Positions 17,639 through 28,319 of a stretch of DNA of 64,000 nt are shown here, in pieces. Numbering within the stretch: position 1 is the stretch's first letter; every line of letters begins with the position of its first letter. The notes below the pieces were generated by a model. The model had not been told where the DNA came from and made no database searches. It saw only the letters and a program-made list of their open reading frames with translations. Position numbers and translations under genes: made by a program. This DNA comes from Obrimoposthia wandeli (lineage: Eukaryota): the NCBI GenBank assembly GCA_977020255.1, contig CDROCS010000506.1:3224001-3288000 (forward strand), read 5' to 3'.

Positions 17639-20473
17639 TTAAAGCTCAAAGATATTACTCTGTTGTTGGAAGGTTTCTACATCGGTAATATAGGTGCCTT
17701 CAAATTTATCTACAGGGCGTTCTTCGTATTCATCGACATCTGCATCCTGCGCGTTTACTGGGTTCGCTGTTGCCATGATCAAGCGATCTGACGTACGAGA
17801 CTTTAACTCCACCATAAAGCGAATCAGGTCGACACGTTCTATTTTCTCTAGTTCTTCTGCAATTTTATCTGACTTATTAAAATCAGTATCTTTAATACCA
17901 ATCGAATGCCACAGACGTTTACTCTTGCCGTTAATATTGTTGTCCGGTTCACGTAACTTTGAAACTAAGCCTTGTTTGCTCGATTGCCATTGTTGCTCGG
18001 TAAACGAGATCATCCCGAACGGAAAGAAATCAATAAAGTCATTGATCGCCTCGAGTAGCTTAGTTGGCGCGGTATGTGGCGATTGCACATAGAACATCAA
18101 TCCAGCATGGCGGTTAAGCGGAATGTTACCTGTACCGACAACATAGCCGAGTTGTTGCTGTGTGCGCAGTTCATAGAAGAACTTCGATGACATCACGTGA
18201 TTAGCTAAGCTGTAATAGGCTAGCTCTTTCGGTGATATTTTCGGTGCTTGATAATACACAATCAGCGCGGCATCGTTATGTTCCACGGCTATTTCATGCA
18301 CCAAAGAACCTGTATCATGAATATCCACCAGTTTACGTATTGTTTCTTTACCTGGCGTGCTTATCGGGTGCAGCTTGTCTTTGACGTATTGGCTTATTTC
18401 TAGGGCTTGAGGTTGATGCCAATCGCCGTGGATCAATACTTCGACACTGATGTTTTGATATACCTTTTCTAGATATTCAGGTAACTGCTCCTGCTTAATA
18501 CTCGTTAAGGCTTTAGCTAAGCGCTCACTCGATGGATTATTAGGTTGCAGTACCGAGGTTAATTCTGAAAATAAGCGGTTGATCGGTTTTGCTTGTTTGT
18601 GGTTTTCCCACGAGATCAGTAGTTGATTACGAATACTGGCAAACGTCTCATTGTCCACTGCTTGTAAGTGGCGATGACCAATGAGTAATTTTAACAACTC
18701 AAGCTGTTTCTGCGCAAAGCCAGCAAGGTGTAAGGTAAAGCCGCCTTGATGGGCATAAATATGGTAATTAATACCTGCAATCTCAGCTTGGTAGGTGAGG
18801 CTGTTTAATTGCTCCATTAATAGCTCGACTGCTAACCGAGTCATCGCTATGTTATGGGTATTGGCGATCGCATATTCACTGTCAATGGAAATGAAGATAT
18901 TGCCTTTCGGCAGATGGAACTCATGCTCTTGCATAAACCAAGTTTTAAAACCGTCACTTTGATCAATCAAGGTAGGTTTGTCTGTGAGGTTCGCTTTATC
19001 CAGCGCCAGGGCTTCTAAAGACGAACTCATGAACAGATTTTTAATTGGTAGAGCAAGGTGTTCGTTTATCTCTACATCGGCCCAGCGTTGTTTTTGGCTC
19101 GCTGAAAATGCATCGACACGATAAGGAGTGTCATACCAAGCTGCTTTTTTATCTGTGTCTAAGTTTGGCGCTGACACCATTAACCGCATATTGCTGGCAC
19201 TGAGCTGTTGTAAGAAGAAACGACAAGCGTCGATATCAAACCCTGTCATCATGTAATCACCGTAAATCACATGCTCTGGTTGATAGATGTGCAAGTTTTG
19301 CGACAGGTGTGAAACGTTTTTAATTGCCGGTATTTTTTCTTGATAGCGAAATGCTTGTTCTAGGAAATTTTTCTTCTCGTCATAACGCCAAGCTTGTAAT
19401 CCCTGTTCGCTAATCAGTTTGATATATTGTAAGCAGCATTCAACAATATCGGAAATATGCAGAAAGCCCTCATTGGTTAAGCCAACGATGACATTATAAT
19501 CTTTGAAGTTGGCGCCTGTTTGACCGCTACCAGCCGATAACGCGGTGACCCAACCCTTACCTTTTAACAGTGACAGTAAACTACCTTCGGTTTCATCACC
19601 GATTAATTGACTGATATAGCTTAATGGTTTGATTTGGTAATAAGGCTGGGTATTGCCCAAAGGAAAACAGATATATAACTTTTTGTGGCCGCTGAGTGAT
19701 TCAACCCAAATACTCTGCTGTAATTGCGCCGCGGTATAGAGTGGGGTAGCTAAAGGTACTCTATTAATGCCACGATTCGGTACCGCCGAAAACATATCCC
19801 TGAGCATGTATTCTTGCTTGTCTAATGTTTGATCTGACTGGATCACGAGCTTCATTAAAGAGGCGCAGTAATGTTGTTGGTAAAATCGTAACAACTCATC
19901 GCGTAAAGTGTAGTGTTCAGTATCTGCTAATGTCGTTAGGTTACCCACTGAAAATTTACTGAAAGGGTGGGTAGGATTAACGGTTTCCTTGTGGGCTTGA
20001 TAGAAACGACGTACGTCATCTTTTAGCTTGAGCTTATATTCAGAATCAACAGCATGGCGTTCGCGCTCTAACAAGTCTGCATTAAAGCTGGGCGCGATAA
20101 AAAATTGTGCGAAACGATCAAGCGCGTTATGGAAGTAGCTGTTGTTAATGTCAAAGTAATAGTTGGTATATTCGGTACCCGTCCAAGCGTTGTTGCTGCC
20201 ACCATGCATGGAAATAAACGATTGGTACTCACCGGGTTTAGGGTATTTATCTGTACCCAAAAATAACATGTGTTCGAGTAAATGCGCGAGTCCTTCATGT
20301 TGTAAAGGATCATCAAAATGACCGACGGCAACAGACATGGATGCGGCGGACTTCTTACATTGTTCATCTTGGATCAGTAATACAACTAAACCATTTTGGA
20401 GCGTGACGTGGCGATATTGTTTGTAATCATTAGGGCTAGTTATCAAGGCGAGTGCTCCATGTGATGACTGCAT
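17639..20473 (-). CDS. Insulinase-family (M16A) zinc metallopeptidase, pitrilysin-like
   Basis: Inverted zinc motif HLLEH in GLAHLLEHMLFLGT, NAWT, ELRTQQQLGYVV. No signal peptide is evident. Confidence 0.93.
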   Translation of the reverse strand: MQSSHGALALITSPNDYKQYRHVTLQNGLVVLLIQDEQCKKSAASMSVAVGHFDDPLQHEGLAHLLEHMLFLGTDKYPKPGEYQSFISMHGGSNNAWTGTEYTNYYFDINNSYFHNALDRFAQFFIAPSFNADLLERERHAVDSEYKLKLKDDVRRFYQAHKETVNPTHPFSKFSVGNLTTLADTEHYTLRDELLRFYQQHYCASLMKLVIQSDQTLDKQEYMLRDMFSAVPNRGINRVPLATPLYTAAQLQQSIWVESLSGHKKLYICFPLGNTQPYYQIKPLSYISQLIGDETEGSLLSLLKGKGWVTALSAGSGQTGANFKDYNVIVGLTNEGFLHISDIVECCLQYIKLISEQGLQAWRYDEKKNFLEQAFRYQEKIPAIKNVSHLSQNLHIYQPEHVIYGDYMMTGFDIDACRFFLQQLSASNMRLMVSAPNLDTDKKAAWYDTPYRVDAFSASQKQRWADVEINEHLALPIKNLFMSSSLEALALDKANLTDKPTLIDQSDGFKTWFMQEHEFHLPKGNIFISIDSEYAIANTHNIAMTRLAVELLMEQLNSLTYQAEIAGINYHIYAHQGGFTLHLAGFAQKQLELLKLLIGHRHLQAVDNETFASIRNQLLISWENHKQAKPINRLFSELTSVLQPNNPSSERLAKALTSIKQEQLPEYLEKVYQNISVEVLIHGDWHQPQALEISQYVKDKLHPISTPGKETIRKLVDIHDTGSLVHEIAVEHNDAALIVYYQAPKISPKELAYYSLANHVMSSKFFYELRTQQQLGYVVGTGNIPLNRHAGLMFYVQSPHTAPTKLLEAINDFIDFFPFGMISFTEQQWQSSKQGLVSKLREPDNNINGKSKRLWHSIGIKDTDFNKSDKIAEELEKIERVDLIRFMVELKSRTSDRLIMATANPVNAQDADVDEYEERPVDKFEGTYITDVETFQQQSNIFEL

Positions 20474-20792
20474 TAGTGTGAGAATTAAAATCAGATCAAC
20501 TTCAAAGTATAGTTAATCGCAAATGCAGTAATGAATGCTGAGGTTTAAGCTTAATATAGATACCGAAATAGACGATACCGTTACATATAATATAAATCAG
20601 TATGGCGCTAAAATCGCGGTAAGTAATTATTTTTTGAAAACTTTTTAAAAGAAATGTTGAAAAATATAAGCGTGCCGAGGTTTTTAATATTTTTGTCATC
20701 AAGTGGCGCTACTATACAAACGTTTTTTGGGGGTGTGTTAAGATCTAAGTCTTATTCAGTAGATAACCCAATTGATAATATAGTGTGGTGAT

Positions 20793-21260
20793 ATGAAGAT
20801 TTATATTATGCGTCATGGCCAAGCCGGTTTGTATGCGAATAGCGATGCGGAACGTGAATTAACGGGTACAGGACGTCAGCAATCTGCAGATATGGCGGAT
20901 TGGTTAAGTGCGATTGAACCGACGTTAGATTGTGTATTACACAGCCCATATGTTCGTGCTGCACAAACTTGGGATGTTATCGGGAACTTTTTCACGGTTA
21001 ATAAGGTCGAAGTATGTGAAGACATTACGCCTTATGGAGATGCCGAATTTATAGCTGATTATGTTAAGGCGTTAGTCGCACAACATAATCATGAAACAAT
21101 CTTACTGGTTTCACATTTACCTGTGGTGAGTTATTTAACCTCAGCGATGACCGCCGGTAAGCATATGCCAGCCTTCGCAACATCCGCGATAGCTTGCTTA
21201 GAAATGAATGGAAATGATTGTCATTTAAAGTGGTTAGAAACACCAGCGAGTATAAAGTAG
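20793..21260 (+). CDS. sixA: Phosphohistidine phosphatase
   Basis: IMRHGQA, SPYVRAAQT and LVSHLP motifs; conserved position near smrB-prmB-aroC. Confidence 0.95.
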   Translation: MKIYIMRHGQAGLYANSDAERELTGTGRQQSADMADWLSAIEPTLDCVLHSPYVRAAQTWDVIGNFFTVNKVEVCEDITPYGDAEFIADYVKALVAQHNHETILLVSHLPVVSYLTSAMTAGKHMPAFATSAIACLEMNGNDCHLKWLETPASIK

Positions 21261-21418
21261 TTAACTGATTTTTTATTTATTTTATGATTAGTGCTTACAC
21301 TTTATACAACGGGTAATACAGTGCTAAAAGCCTTTGCATTACCCCATTGTTAGTATATTATGCCGCTTCTGTTTGGGTACTTGGATGGTACCTATATAAG
21401 CGTATAAAGGAGTGCTAA

Positions 21419-21616
21419 ATGCGTAGTTTTAAACAGTTTAACTCGTTACGTATCGCAAGATATGTGAAAAGTTTTTTTCGTGGAACTCTGTATGTCACAG
21501 GTTTGGGATTATTAGAGTTTCAGCAAGGTATGTTAATCATGCCGAGCAACGCAGGTAACAATGTTAAAATGCGTATCTCGGAAGTGAATCGTGAAATTAA
21601 ACGATTTGCGGTTTAA
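21419..21616 (+). CDS. DUF1107-family small protein
   Basis: 65 aa, F...RIARYVKSFFRG.LYV.GLG..EF..G pattern; aaggag RBS. Confidence 0.75.
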   Translation: MRSFKQFNSLRIARYVKSFFRGTLYVTGLGLLEFQQGMLIMPSNAGNNVKMRISEVNREIKRFAV

Positions 21617-21630
21617 CAGACTGAGCTCGA

Positions 21631-21660
21631 AAGGTTAGTGTTATGCACTAGCCTTTTTTT
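21631..21660 (+). terminator. Intrinsic terminator
   Basis: aaggttagtg-ttatg-cactagcctt followed by a T-tract. Confidence 0.8.
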
Positions 21661-21713
21661 GTGCCTGTTTTTTAGTGTTAGACCATTTCCGGGACACGCA
21701 AATAGTCTTCGTT

Positions 21714-21980
21714 TTACTCAAAAAACATCGCAGCATTAAATCCTGCCGTAATGCATACACTCAGCAGCATCATGATGATGACATTGTAACGCTTTAAAAA
21801 CCCCAGTTTCGGGTGCTTGGCGTGAAATGCTGCCACTTTTTCAGCCTTTACCTTTATCTTTGCTGATTTTATAACGTGTAGCCTATTTTCTTCCTGCATT
21901 GCTTCTTCAATTTCAGCCAGACGTTCGTTATTTTCTTTTTCGAGATCTGCAAACCACTGGTCTTGTTTATCTGCCACCAT
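21714..21980 (-). CDS. Small hypothetical protein with a C-terminal membrane anchor
   Basis: 88 aa: charged helical N-terminus plus one hydrophobic C-terminal segment; aagg RBS. Confidence 0.65.
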   Translation of the reverse strand: MVADKQDQWFADLEKENNERLAEIEEAMQEENRLHVIKSAKIKVKAEKVAAFHAKHPKLGFLKRYNVIIMMLLSVCITAGFNAAMFFE

Positions 21981-22056
21981 TAATACCTTACCTTAATACC
22001 TTAAAACAAATCATCTTAAAAAATGACCTTCAAAAACGATCAGCTTAAAAAAACAA

Positions 22057-22686
22057 TTATCTTAAAAAGTCTTCTTTGCTCGTTAGCTCTACGAGAATCG
22101 AGATAGCAGCACTGCCACCCCACATTTTGGTCGCTTGATGAAAGGCTTCGATATCGGGATGCTGTGCTAGCCACATCGGTAATTGGCGCTTAAGAATATT
22201 CTTGCCATGCCCGTGCATTACATTACAGCAGCGAATATGTTGTTTACGGCATTCAGCGATTAACGCGGATATTTCTACCTTGGCCACTTCTTGCGTTAGA
22301 CCGTGTAAATCCAACATCAGTTCTGGTTCGTAATCACCGCGACGTAATTTTTTCAACTCATACGGAGAAACGCCGTCACGTATATAACGGGTAGGGCCTT
22401 CGTCAGCAATGTGGGGCTCAAATTGATCGGAGAAAAAATGTTCACGTTGCGCTGATTCTTGTCTTATTGAATCATTTGCTTGAGTTTTCGGTTTATTTGC
22501 CCTGATTTTTGTTTTGCGTATGGTATCCTGTGCAAAAGGTTTTGTGCCTTTCATACTATCAGAAAAAAGAGCTCGGTCATCCGGTTTCAATGCGGCTTGT
22601 GATACTTTCACTTGCGCTGCTTGCGCCTGTTCTTTTGCTACATCTATTTGTTGCAGCATCTTTTTTTTCATTTGTTTATTAAACAT
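22057..22686 (-). CDS. smrB: Ribosome-rescue endonuclease SmrB
   Basis: LKKLRRGDY, LDLHGLT, HGHGKNILK, WGGSAA (Smr domain); divergent from prmB. Exact start uncertain. Confidence 0.93.
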   Translation of the reverse strand: MFNKQMKKKMLQQIDVAKEQAQAAQVKVSQAALKPDDRALFSDSMKGTKPFAQDTIRKTKIRANKPKTQANDSIRQESAQREHFFSDQFEPHIADEGPTRYIRDGVSPYELKKLRRGDYEPELMLDLHGLTQEVAKVEISALIAECRKQHIRCCNVMHGHGKNILKRQLPMWLAQHPDIEAFHQATKMWGGSAAISILVELTSKEDFLR

Positions 22687-22763
22687 AATGTTAGTTACCC
22701 AGATTCAACTGCTAAGCTCAGTTGATTAAACATTTTGTTACTTTACCAAAATTGGAGTCAATT

Positions 22764-23693
22764 GTGGACAGGATTTTTATTGACGAAGCAGTCAAAGAGT
22801 TAACTACAATACAAGATATTATCCGTTGGGCGGTTAGCCGTTTTAACGATGCGGGTATTTTTTATGGTCACGGTACTGATAACGCGTGGGATGAAGCTGT
22901 ACAGTTGATCCTACCGACACTACATTTACCATTAGATATTGACCCTCAAATTCGTCATGCGAAACTGCTTACTTCTGAACGCCAAAAATTGGTTGAACTG
23001 ATTGTTCGCCGCGTTAATGAACGTATCCCTGCAGCGTACCTGACTAACAAAGCTTGGTTTGCTGGTTTAGAGTTCTTTGTTGATGAACGTGTTTTAGTGC
23101 CACGCTCACCGTTTGCAGAACTAATCATGAACGGTTTCCAACCTTGGTTGACACACGAACCTATGCGTATCCTTGATATGTGTACGGGCAGTGGTTGTAT
23201 CGCAATTGCAATGTCACACGCATTCCCAGATTCAGAAATTGACGCTGTTGATATTGAACACGGTGCGATTGAAGTTGCTGAAATCAACATTCAAGACCAT
23301 GGCGTAGAGCATCACGTTACGCCAATTCAATCTGACTTGTTCTCTAACCTAACGGGTTTACGTTACGACATGATCGTATCTAATCCTCCTTATGTTGATC
23401 AAGAAGACATTGATAACCTACCTGAAGAGTTCAAACATGAACCTGAGATTGGTTTGCAGTCTGGCTTTGATGGTCTTGAGCTAACGCTTAAAATGATTGC
23501 TCAAGCACCTGATATGCTAAACGATGGTGGTTTACTGTTCGTTGAGATCGGTAACAGCATGGTTCACATGCAAGAGAAATTCCCAGAAGTACCATTTACA
23601 TGGTTAGAAATGCAAAATGGCGGCCACGGTATCTTCGTGATCAGCAAAGAGCAGATCGAAGATTCAATGGTAGAATTTGCTCCGTTTAAATAA
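22764..23693 (+). CDS. prmB: 50S ribosomal protein L3 N5-glutamine methyltransferase
   Basis: GTG start giving [18 protein letters not shown] (ggag RBS), LDMCTGSG and NPPY; upstream of aroC. Confidence 0.96.
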   Translation: MDRIFIDEAVKELTTIQDIIRWAVSRFNDAGIFYGHGTDNAWDEAVQLILPTLHLPLDIDPQIRHAKLLTSERQKLVELIVRRVNERIPAAYLTNKAWFAGLEFFVDERVLVPRSPFAELIMNGFQPWLTHEPMRILDMCTGSGCIAIAMSHAFPDSEIDAVDIEHGAIEVAEINIQDHGVEHHVTPIQSDLFSNLTGLRYDMIVSNPPYVDQEDIDNLPEEFKHEPEIGLQSGFDGLELTLKMIAQAPDMLNDGGLLFVEIGNSMVHMQEKFPEVPFTWLEMQNGGHGIFVISKEQIEDSMVEFAPFK

Positions 23694-23734
23694 ATAGTGC
23701 TGAGTTTAAATAAATAGTCGCACTGTTTAAATAA
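23684..23734 (+). repeat. Tandem echo of the prmB 3' end
   Basis: gtttaaataaatagt at 23684 and 23704, partial gtttaaataa at 23725. The first copy contains the stop codon. Confidence 0.85.
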
Positions 23735-23776
23735 TTCGGTCGTACCGCTATTTCAGTGAGTGTTAAAACTCACGAT

Positions 23777-23814
23777 AAACCTGTGTTCATCTTTGATGGC
23801 CACAGGTTTTTTTT
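23777..23814 (+). terminator. Intrinsic terminator after prmB
   Basis: aaacctgtg...cacaggttt followed by a T-tract. Confidence 0.8.
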
Positions 23815-23906
23815 ATTGTTTTTTTTAACGATTTGCTATTGTCGCTAAGCCGTTGGTCTTGTATTCTCAAGGGTATTAGTCAGTATTTTATAAAGGAAAA
23901 GCTGTT

Positions 23907-24995
23907 ATGGCAGGGAATAGTATTGGGCAATTATTTAAGATCTCCACATTCGGAGAAAGCCATGGTCCAGCACTTGGGTGCATCGTTGACGGCTGCCCTC
24001 CAGGACTGGAAATTTCACTAGAAGATCTACAGCTTGATCTAGACCGCCGTAAACCTGGCACATCTCGCTATACGACTCAACGCCGTGAAGCGGATGAAGT
24101 GCAGATCCTTTCTGGTATTTTTGAAGGTAAAACAACTGGTTGTTCAATTGGATTGATGATCAAAAATACTGATCAACGTTCACAAGATTATTCGAACATC
24201 AAAGACACCTTCCGTCCGGGTCATGCTGATTACACATATCATCAAAAATTCGGTCACCGTGATTACCGTGGTGGCGGTCGTTCATCGGCACGTGAAACGG
24301 CTATGCGCGTAGCGGCTGGTGCAATTGCGAAGAAATACCTAGCACAGCAACACGGTATTGTTATTCGTGGTTATTTATCACAACTGGGTCCAATTAAAGC
24401 TGAAGCGCTGCAATGGGATCAAGTTGAACAAAACCCATTTTTCTTCCCTGATCCAAGTAAATTAGAAGCGCTTGATGAATACATGCGTGGTCTGAAAAAA
24501 TCAGGTGACTCAGTGGGCGCTAAAGTAACGGTTGTTGCCCAAGGCGTACCTGTTGGTTTAGGTGAACCGGTATTTGATCGTTTAGATGCTGAAATTGCCC
24601 ATTCACTAATGAGTATTAACGCTGTGAAAGGTGTTGAAATCGGTGATGGTTTTGGCGTTGTAGAACAGCTTGGTAGCGAACACCGTGATGAGATGACACC
24701 AGAAGATGGTTTCCTTTCTAATCATTCAGGTGGCGTGTTAGGTGGCATTTCAAGTGGCCAAGACATTATTGCTCACATTGCGATGAAACCGACTTCAAGT
24801 ATTACTATTCCAGGTAAATCAATTGATAAATTTGGTAACGCCATTGAAGTGGTTACTAAAGGTCGTCACGATCCATGCGTTGGTATCCGCGCAGTGCCAA
24901 TTGCTGAAGCACAACTTGCTATCACGCTAATGGACCACTTGCTAAGACACCGAGCACAGAATCTACATGTGGTAACAGATACACCAAATATGTAG
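23907..24995 (+). CDS. aroC: Chorismate synthase
   Basis: [20 protein letters not shown] and GRHDPCV signatures. Confidence 0.98.
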   Translation: MAGNSIGQLFKISTFGESHGPALGCIVDGCPPGLEISLEDLQLDLDRRKPGTSRYTTQRREADEVQILSGIFEGKTTGCSIGLMIKNTDQRSQDYSNIKDTFRPGHADYTYHQKFGHRDYRGGGRSSARETAMRVAAGAIAKKYLAQQHGIVIRGYLSQLGPIKAEALQWDQVEQNPFFFPDPSKLEALDEYMRGLKKSGDSVGAKVTVVAQGVPVGLGEPVFDRLDAEIAHSLMSINAVKGVEIGDGFGVVEQLGSEHRDEMTPEDGFLSNHSGGVLGGISSGQDIIAHIAMKPTSSITIPGKSIDKFGNAIEVVTKGRHDPCVGIRAVPIAEAQLAITLMDHLLRHRAQNLHVVTDTPNM

Positions 24996-25031
24996 TATGA
25001 GTTACATTAAGTAAAAAAGGCCGCTATATTT

Positions 25032-25493
25032 TTGAAAAATAAAGGTGTACGTGCAATTGCAGTATTGGAAGGGTTCAAAGGGAGCGTTTCTCTTTTGGTT
25101 GGTTTTGGACTTCATGCCTTAGCTGGGCGTGATATTCACCAATTAGCCGAATCGCTTGTTAGGCACTTTCATCTAAATCCGGCGAGCCATTTATCCAGTG
25201 TGTTTTTAAATGCCGCGAGCGACTTAACGGACTCTCGAATGGTATTGCTAGCGCTGGCAGCATTTGGTTATTCGGTTATTCGATTTATTGAAGCTTTTGG
25301 TTTATGGCGTGGATTAGTCTGGACCGAGTGGTTCGCATTGGTTTCTGGGGCAATATACATACCCTTTGAAGTATATGAAATAATTACCCATGCTAGTTTC
25401 TTTAATGTCGGTATATTTTTGATAAATGTGTTGGTTGTTTGGTATATGAGTTATGTACTTTTCAGCAGAAGAAAACAACACGTTAAACATTAA
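25032..25493 (+). CDS. DUF2127-family membrane protein
   Basis: AIAVLEGFKG, EAFGLW, WTEWFAL and YIPFEVYE pattern; TTG start. Confidence 0.82.
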   Translation: MKNKGVRAIAVLEGFKGSVSLLVGFGLHALAGRDIHQLAESLVRHFHLNPASHLSSVFLNAASDLTDSRMVLLALAAFGYSVIRFIEAFGLWRGLVWTEWFALVSGAIYIPFEVYEIITHASFFNVGIFLINVLVVWYMSYVLFSRRKQHVKH

Positions 25494-25508
25494 TATTGAG
25501 CATTGATT

Positions 25509-25542
25509 TTATACCCATCAGTTTCGGTTGATGGGTATTTTT
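25509..25542. terminator. Bidirectional terminator at the left edge of the ddd cluster
   Basis: atacccatca-gtttcggt-tgatgggtat perfect stem. Confidence 0.8.
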
Positions 25543-25568
25543 ATATTTAATCGGTTGCATCATTACGG

Positions 25569-26450
25569 TTAACAAATTTCACTTAAAATCCATTGTCTAA
25601 ATGTTTCAATTTTTTTATTATCAATTTGGCTTGTTGGTGTTTTTAAATAGAAACCTTCCGTTGTCGGTATCGTTTGCGAAAAAGGGGCTATTAGCTCACC
25701 TTTGAGTATTGATTTCTTAACTAAAGAACTACGTCCTAGCGCAATACCGTGTCCGTGTTTTGCCATTTCAAATGCAGATACTAACGTGTCAAACGTCATC
25801 CCTTTGTCTGTATTAATATCATGAAACCCTGTCGAATTAAGCCAATGTCCCCAGCCTTCTTCATAACCTATAACGTGTAATAAAGAATGATCATTAAGCT
25901 CACTCGGGCATGTAGGGATTGGCATGCCACTTAATAATTTGGGACTACATACAGGAATTAATTCATCCCAAGTTAATCTATCAGAGCGAAAACCGTCCCA
26001 ATTACCATGGCCGTATCCGACATTAACATCTGAATTCTTATCAAGATCATCAGCCCAAATATTACTTGTAAAACGAATCAGAATGTCAGGGTGCTGTTCG
26101 TAAAATGAGGCCATTTTAGGTGCTAACCATTGGCAAAAAAACACGAGATTAGAGCACACTGTAATTTTAATCTTTTTGCTATCACCAAAAATCTCATTGG
26201 TGGTGGCCGCTAGTTTACTAATAGCTTCGCTAACGGGTGGTAAATATGATTGCCCTGAATCTGTCAATGTTAAGCCACGTGGTAAACGTGTAAATAGAGG
26301 CATACCTAAATTAGCTTCTAAACATTTTATTTGAGTACTAATTGCGGCTTGGGTTAAATTAAGTTCATTTGCAGCTTGGGTAAAGTTCAAATGGCGAGCA
26401 GATGCTTCGAAGGAACGTAACCAGTTTAAAGGGGGAAGATTTTTTTTCAT
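25569..26450 (-). CDS. dddR: GcvA-like LysR regulator of the DMSP cluster
   Basis: LPPLNWLRSFEASARHLNFTQAA HTH; last gene after dddTBC, as in Marinomonas. Start refined to 26450. Confidence 0.82.
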   Translation of the reverse strand: MKKNLPPLNWLRSFEASARHLNFTQAANELNLTQAAISTQIKCLEANLGMPLFTRLPRGLTLTDSGQSYLPPVSEAISKLAATTNEIFGDSKKIKITVCSNLVFFCQWLAPKMASFYEQHPDILIRFTSNIWADDLDKNSDVNVGYGHGNWDGFRSDRLTWDELIPVCSPKLLSGMPIPTCPSELNDHSLLHVIGYEEGWGHWLNSTGFHDINTDKGMTFDTLVSAFEMAKHGHGIALGRSSLVKKSILKGELIAPFSQTIPTTEGFYLKTPTSQIDNKKIETFRQWILSEIC

Positions 26451-26632
26451 TTTAGAACCATAAATGAGACACGTTGTCGCGAATGTTATCATGCTGAAAT
26501 TAACTTTTATTAGACTTAGATCTAAGAAAAAAAACTTATATTAAGAGCATGCTCATACTTAATTTAATTCGGTATAAAAATAAAAAGTTAGATATGTTAA
26601 TGAGTTAAAATATATTTTCATTGTTAAAATAA

Positions 26633-26670
26633 TTTGTCTGTAGCGCTATATTTTTGCGGCTACAGACAAA
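26633..26670 (-). terminator. Terminator between dddC and dddR
   Basis: tttgtctgtagc...gctacagacaaa 12-bp stem. Confidence 0.75.
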
Positions 26671-26700
26671 AGTTAAATAAGCTCTAGCTTGTTCTTGGCC

Positions 26701-28242
26701 TTATTTTAATGTCGGCATTGCAAACTCAACATTTTCACGCAAGCTTGCAGAGGGCCAGCGTTGGGTAATAGTCTTACGTTTTGTATAAAAGCGAACGCCA
26801 TCTGGACCATAGGCATGTAAATCGCCAAACAATGAACGCTTCCAACCACCAAAGCTGTGATATGCAACAGGCACTGGTAACGGTACGTTTATACCGACCA
26901 TACCAACTTGAATATGGTCAGAGAAGTAACGTGCAGCTTCGCCATCACGGGTAAAGATACAAGTACCGTTACCGTACTCATGGGCATCGATTAATGCCAT
27001 TGCTTCTTGCATTGTGTTAACTCGAATTACCTGCAGTACAGGGCCGAATATCTCGTCTTTGTAGCTCAACATCTCGGTTGTTACGTTATCTATTAATGTA
27101 CCTCCGACATAAAATCCGTCTTCATATCCAGGCACTTCAGGATTTCGACCATCAACAACAATCGTAGCGCCATCTTGTTCTGCGCTATCAATATACGCAT
27201 TTACTTTTTCTTGATGCGCTTTTGTAATCACAGGGCCAAAATCATTTTTGGGATTGTTATATGGGCCGACTTTTAAGTCTTGCATCGCCACTGTCATTTT
27301 TTCAATCAACAAATCACCTGCAGTATCGCCCACCGCCACAGCAACGGATAATGCCATACAGCGTTCGCCAGATGAACCAAATGCAGCGCCAACAAGCTGG
27401 TTTACAGCGTTATCCATGTCTGCATCAGGCATAATAATGGCGTGGTTTTTAGCCCCACCAAGTGCTTGGCAACGTTTACCATTAGCAGCCGCTGTAGAGT
27501 AAATATATTCCGCAATCGGTGTTGAGCCTACAAAGCTAACGGCTTGAACACGCTTATCTGTTAAGAGTGTATCAACTGCGGTTTTATCACCATTAATGAC
27601 GTTAAGAACGCCTTTTGGTAAACCCGCTTCTTGTAGTAACTGAGCAATGAATAGTGTTGCGCTTGGATCGCGTTCAGATGGCTTAAGAATAAATGTGTTA
27701 CCACACACGATCGCCATTGGAAACATCCAACAAGGTACCATCACAGGAAAATTAAATGGTGTAATACCAGTTACAACACCAAGTGGTTGAAACTCGCTCC
27801 AGGAATCGATACTTGGTCCTACATTTTTACTAAACTCGCCTTTTAGTAGTTCTGGCGCACCACATGCATATTCCACATTCTCGATACCACGTTGTAATTC
27901 ACCCATCGCATCATGCGAGATTTTACCGTGTTCTTGGCCGATAAGTTCGCAGATTTTTTCTGCATTTTGTTCCAATAACTCTTTAAATTTAAACATAACA
28001 CGAGCACGCTTGATGGGTGCTGTGTTACGCCATTCAGGGAATGCCGCGTGGGCACTTGTAATAGCAGCTTCAACAGTTGTCACACTGGCAAGATCAATAT
28101 TCTTTTCTGATTTACCTGTCGATGGGTTGAAGATAGGTTGACTACGCTCACCATCAATAATCATTTCACCGTCAATCAGCTGACCAATAGTTGTTAATTC
28201 TGTTATTGTCGTTTCAGATTTATCCATTACTACTTCACTCAT
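26701..28242 (-). CDS. dddC: CoA-acylating (methyl)malonate-semialdehyde dehydrogenase
   Basis: ITPFNFP, LKPSERDP, GGAKNH, catalytic GERCMA, EIFGPV and FGGWKRSLFGD (MmsA/IolA type); cluster context. Confidence 0.88.
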   Translation of the reverse strand: MSEVVMDKSETTITELTTIGQLIDGEMIIDGERSQPIFNPSTGKSEKNIDLASVTTVEAAITSAHAAFPEWRNTAPIKRARVMFKFKELLEQNAEKICELIGQEHGKISHDAMGELQRGIENVEYACGAPELLKGEFSKNVGPSIDSWSEFQPLGVVTGITPFNFPVMVPCWMFPMAIVCGNTFILKPSERDPSATLFIAQLLQEAGLPKGVLNVINGDKTAVDTLLTDKRVQAVSFVGSTPIAEYIYSTAAANGKRCQALGGAKNHAIIMPDADMDNAVNQLVGAAFGSSGERCMALSVAVAVGDTAGDLLIEKMTVAMQDLKVGPYNNPKNDFGPVITKAHQEKVNAYIDSAEQDGATIVVDGRNPEVPGYEDGFYVGGTLIDNVTTEMLSYKDEIFGPVLQVIRVNTMQEAMALIDAHEYGNGTCIFTRDGEAARYFSDHIQVGMVGINVPLPVPVAYHSFGGWKRSLFGDLHAYGPDGVRFYTKRKTITQRWPSASLRENVEFAMPTLK

Positions 28243-28319
28243 GAGAGCTCTTCCCTTTTGATAAGCGAATATTCGCTATATTTAAATTAATATAAAATAC
28301 GACCTGTGAAAGTTGGGCG

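Noticed and set aside
25022-26656. Shared 13-mer cgctatatttttg at 25022 and 26644 as att sites or target duplication
   Set aside because: It is short and AT-rich, would bracket only DUF2127 and dddR rather than the whole cluster, and the second copy is the loop of a terminator; chance is plausible.
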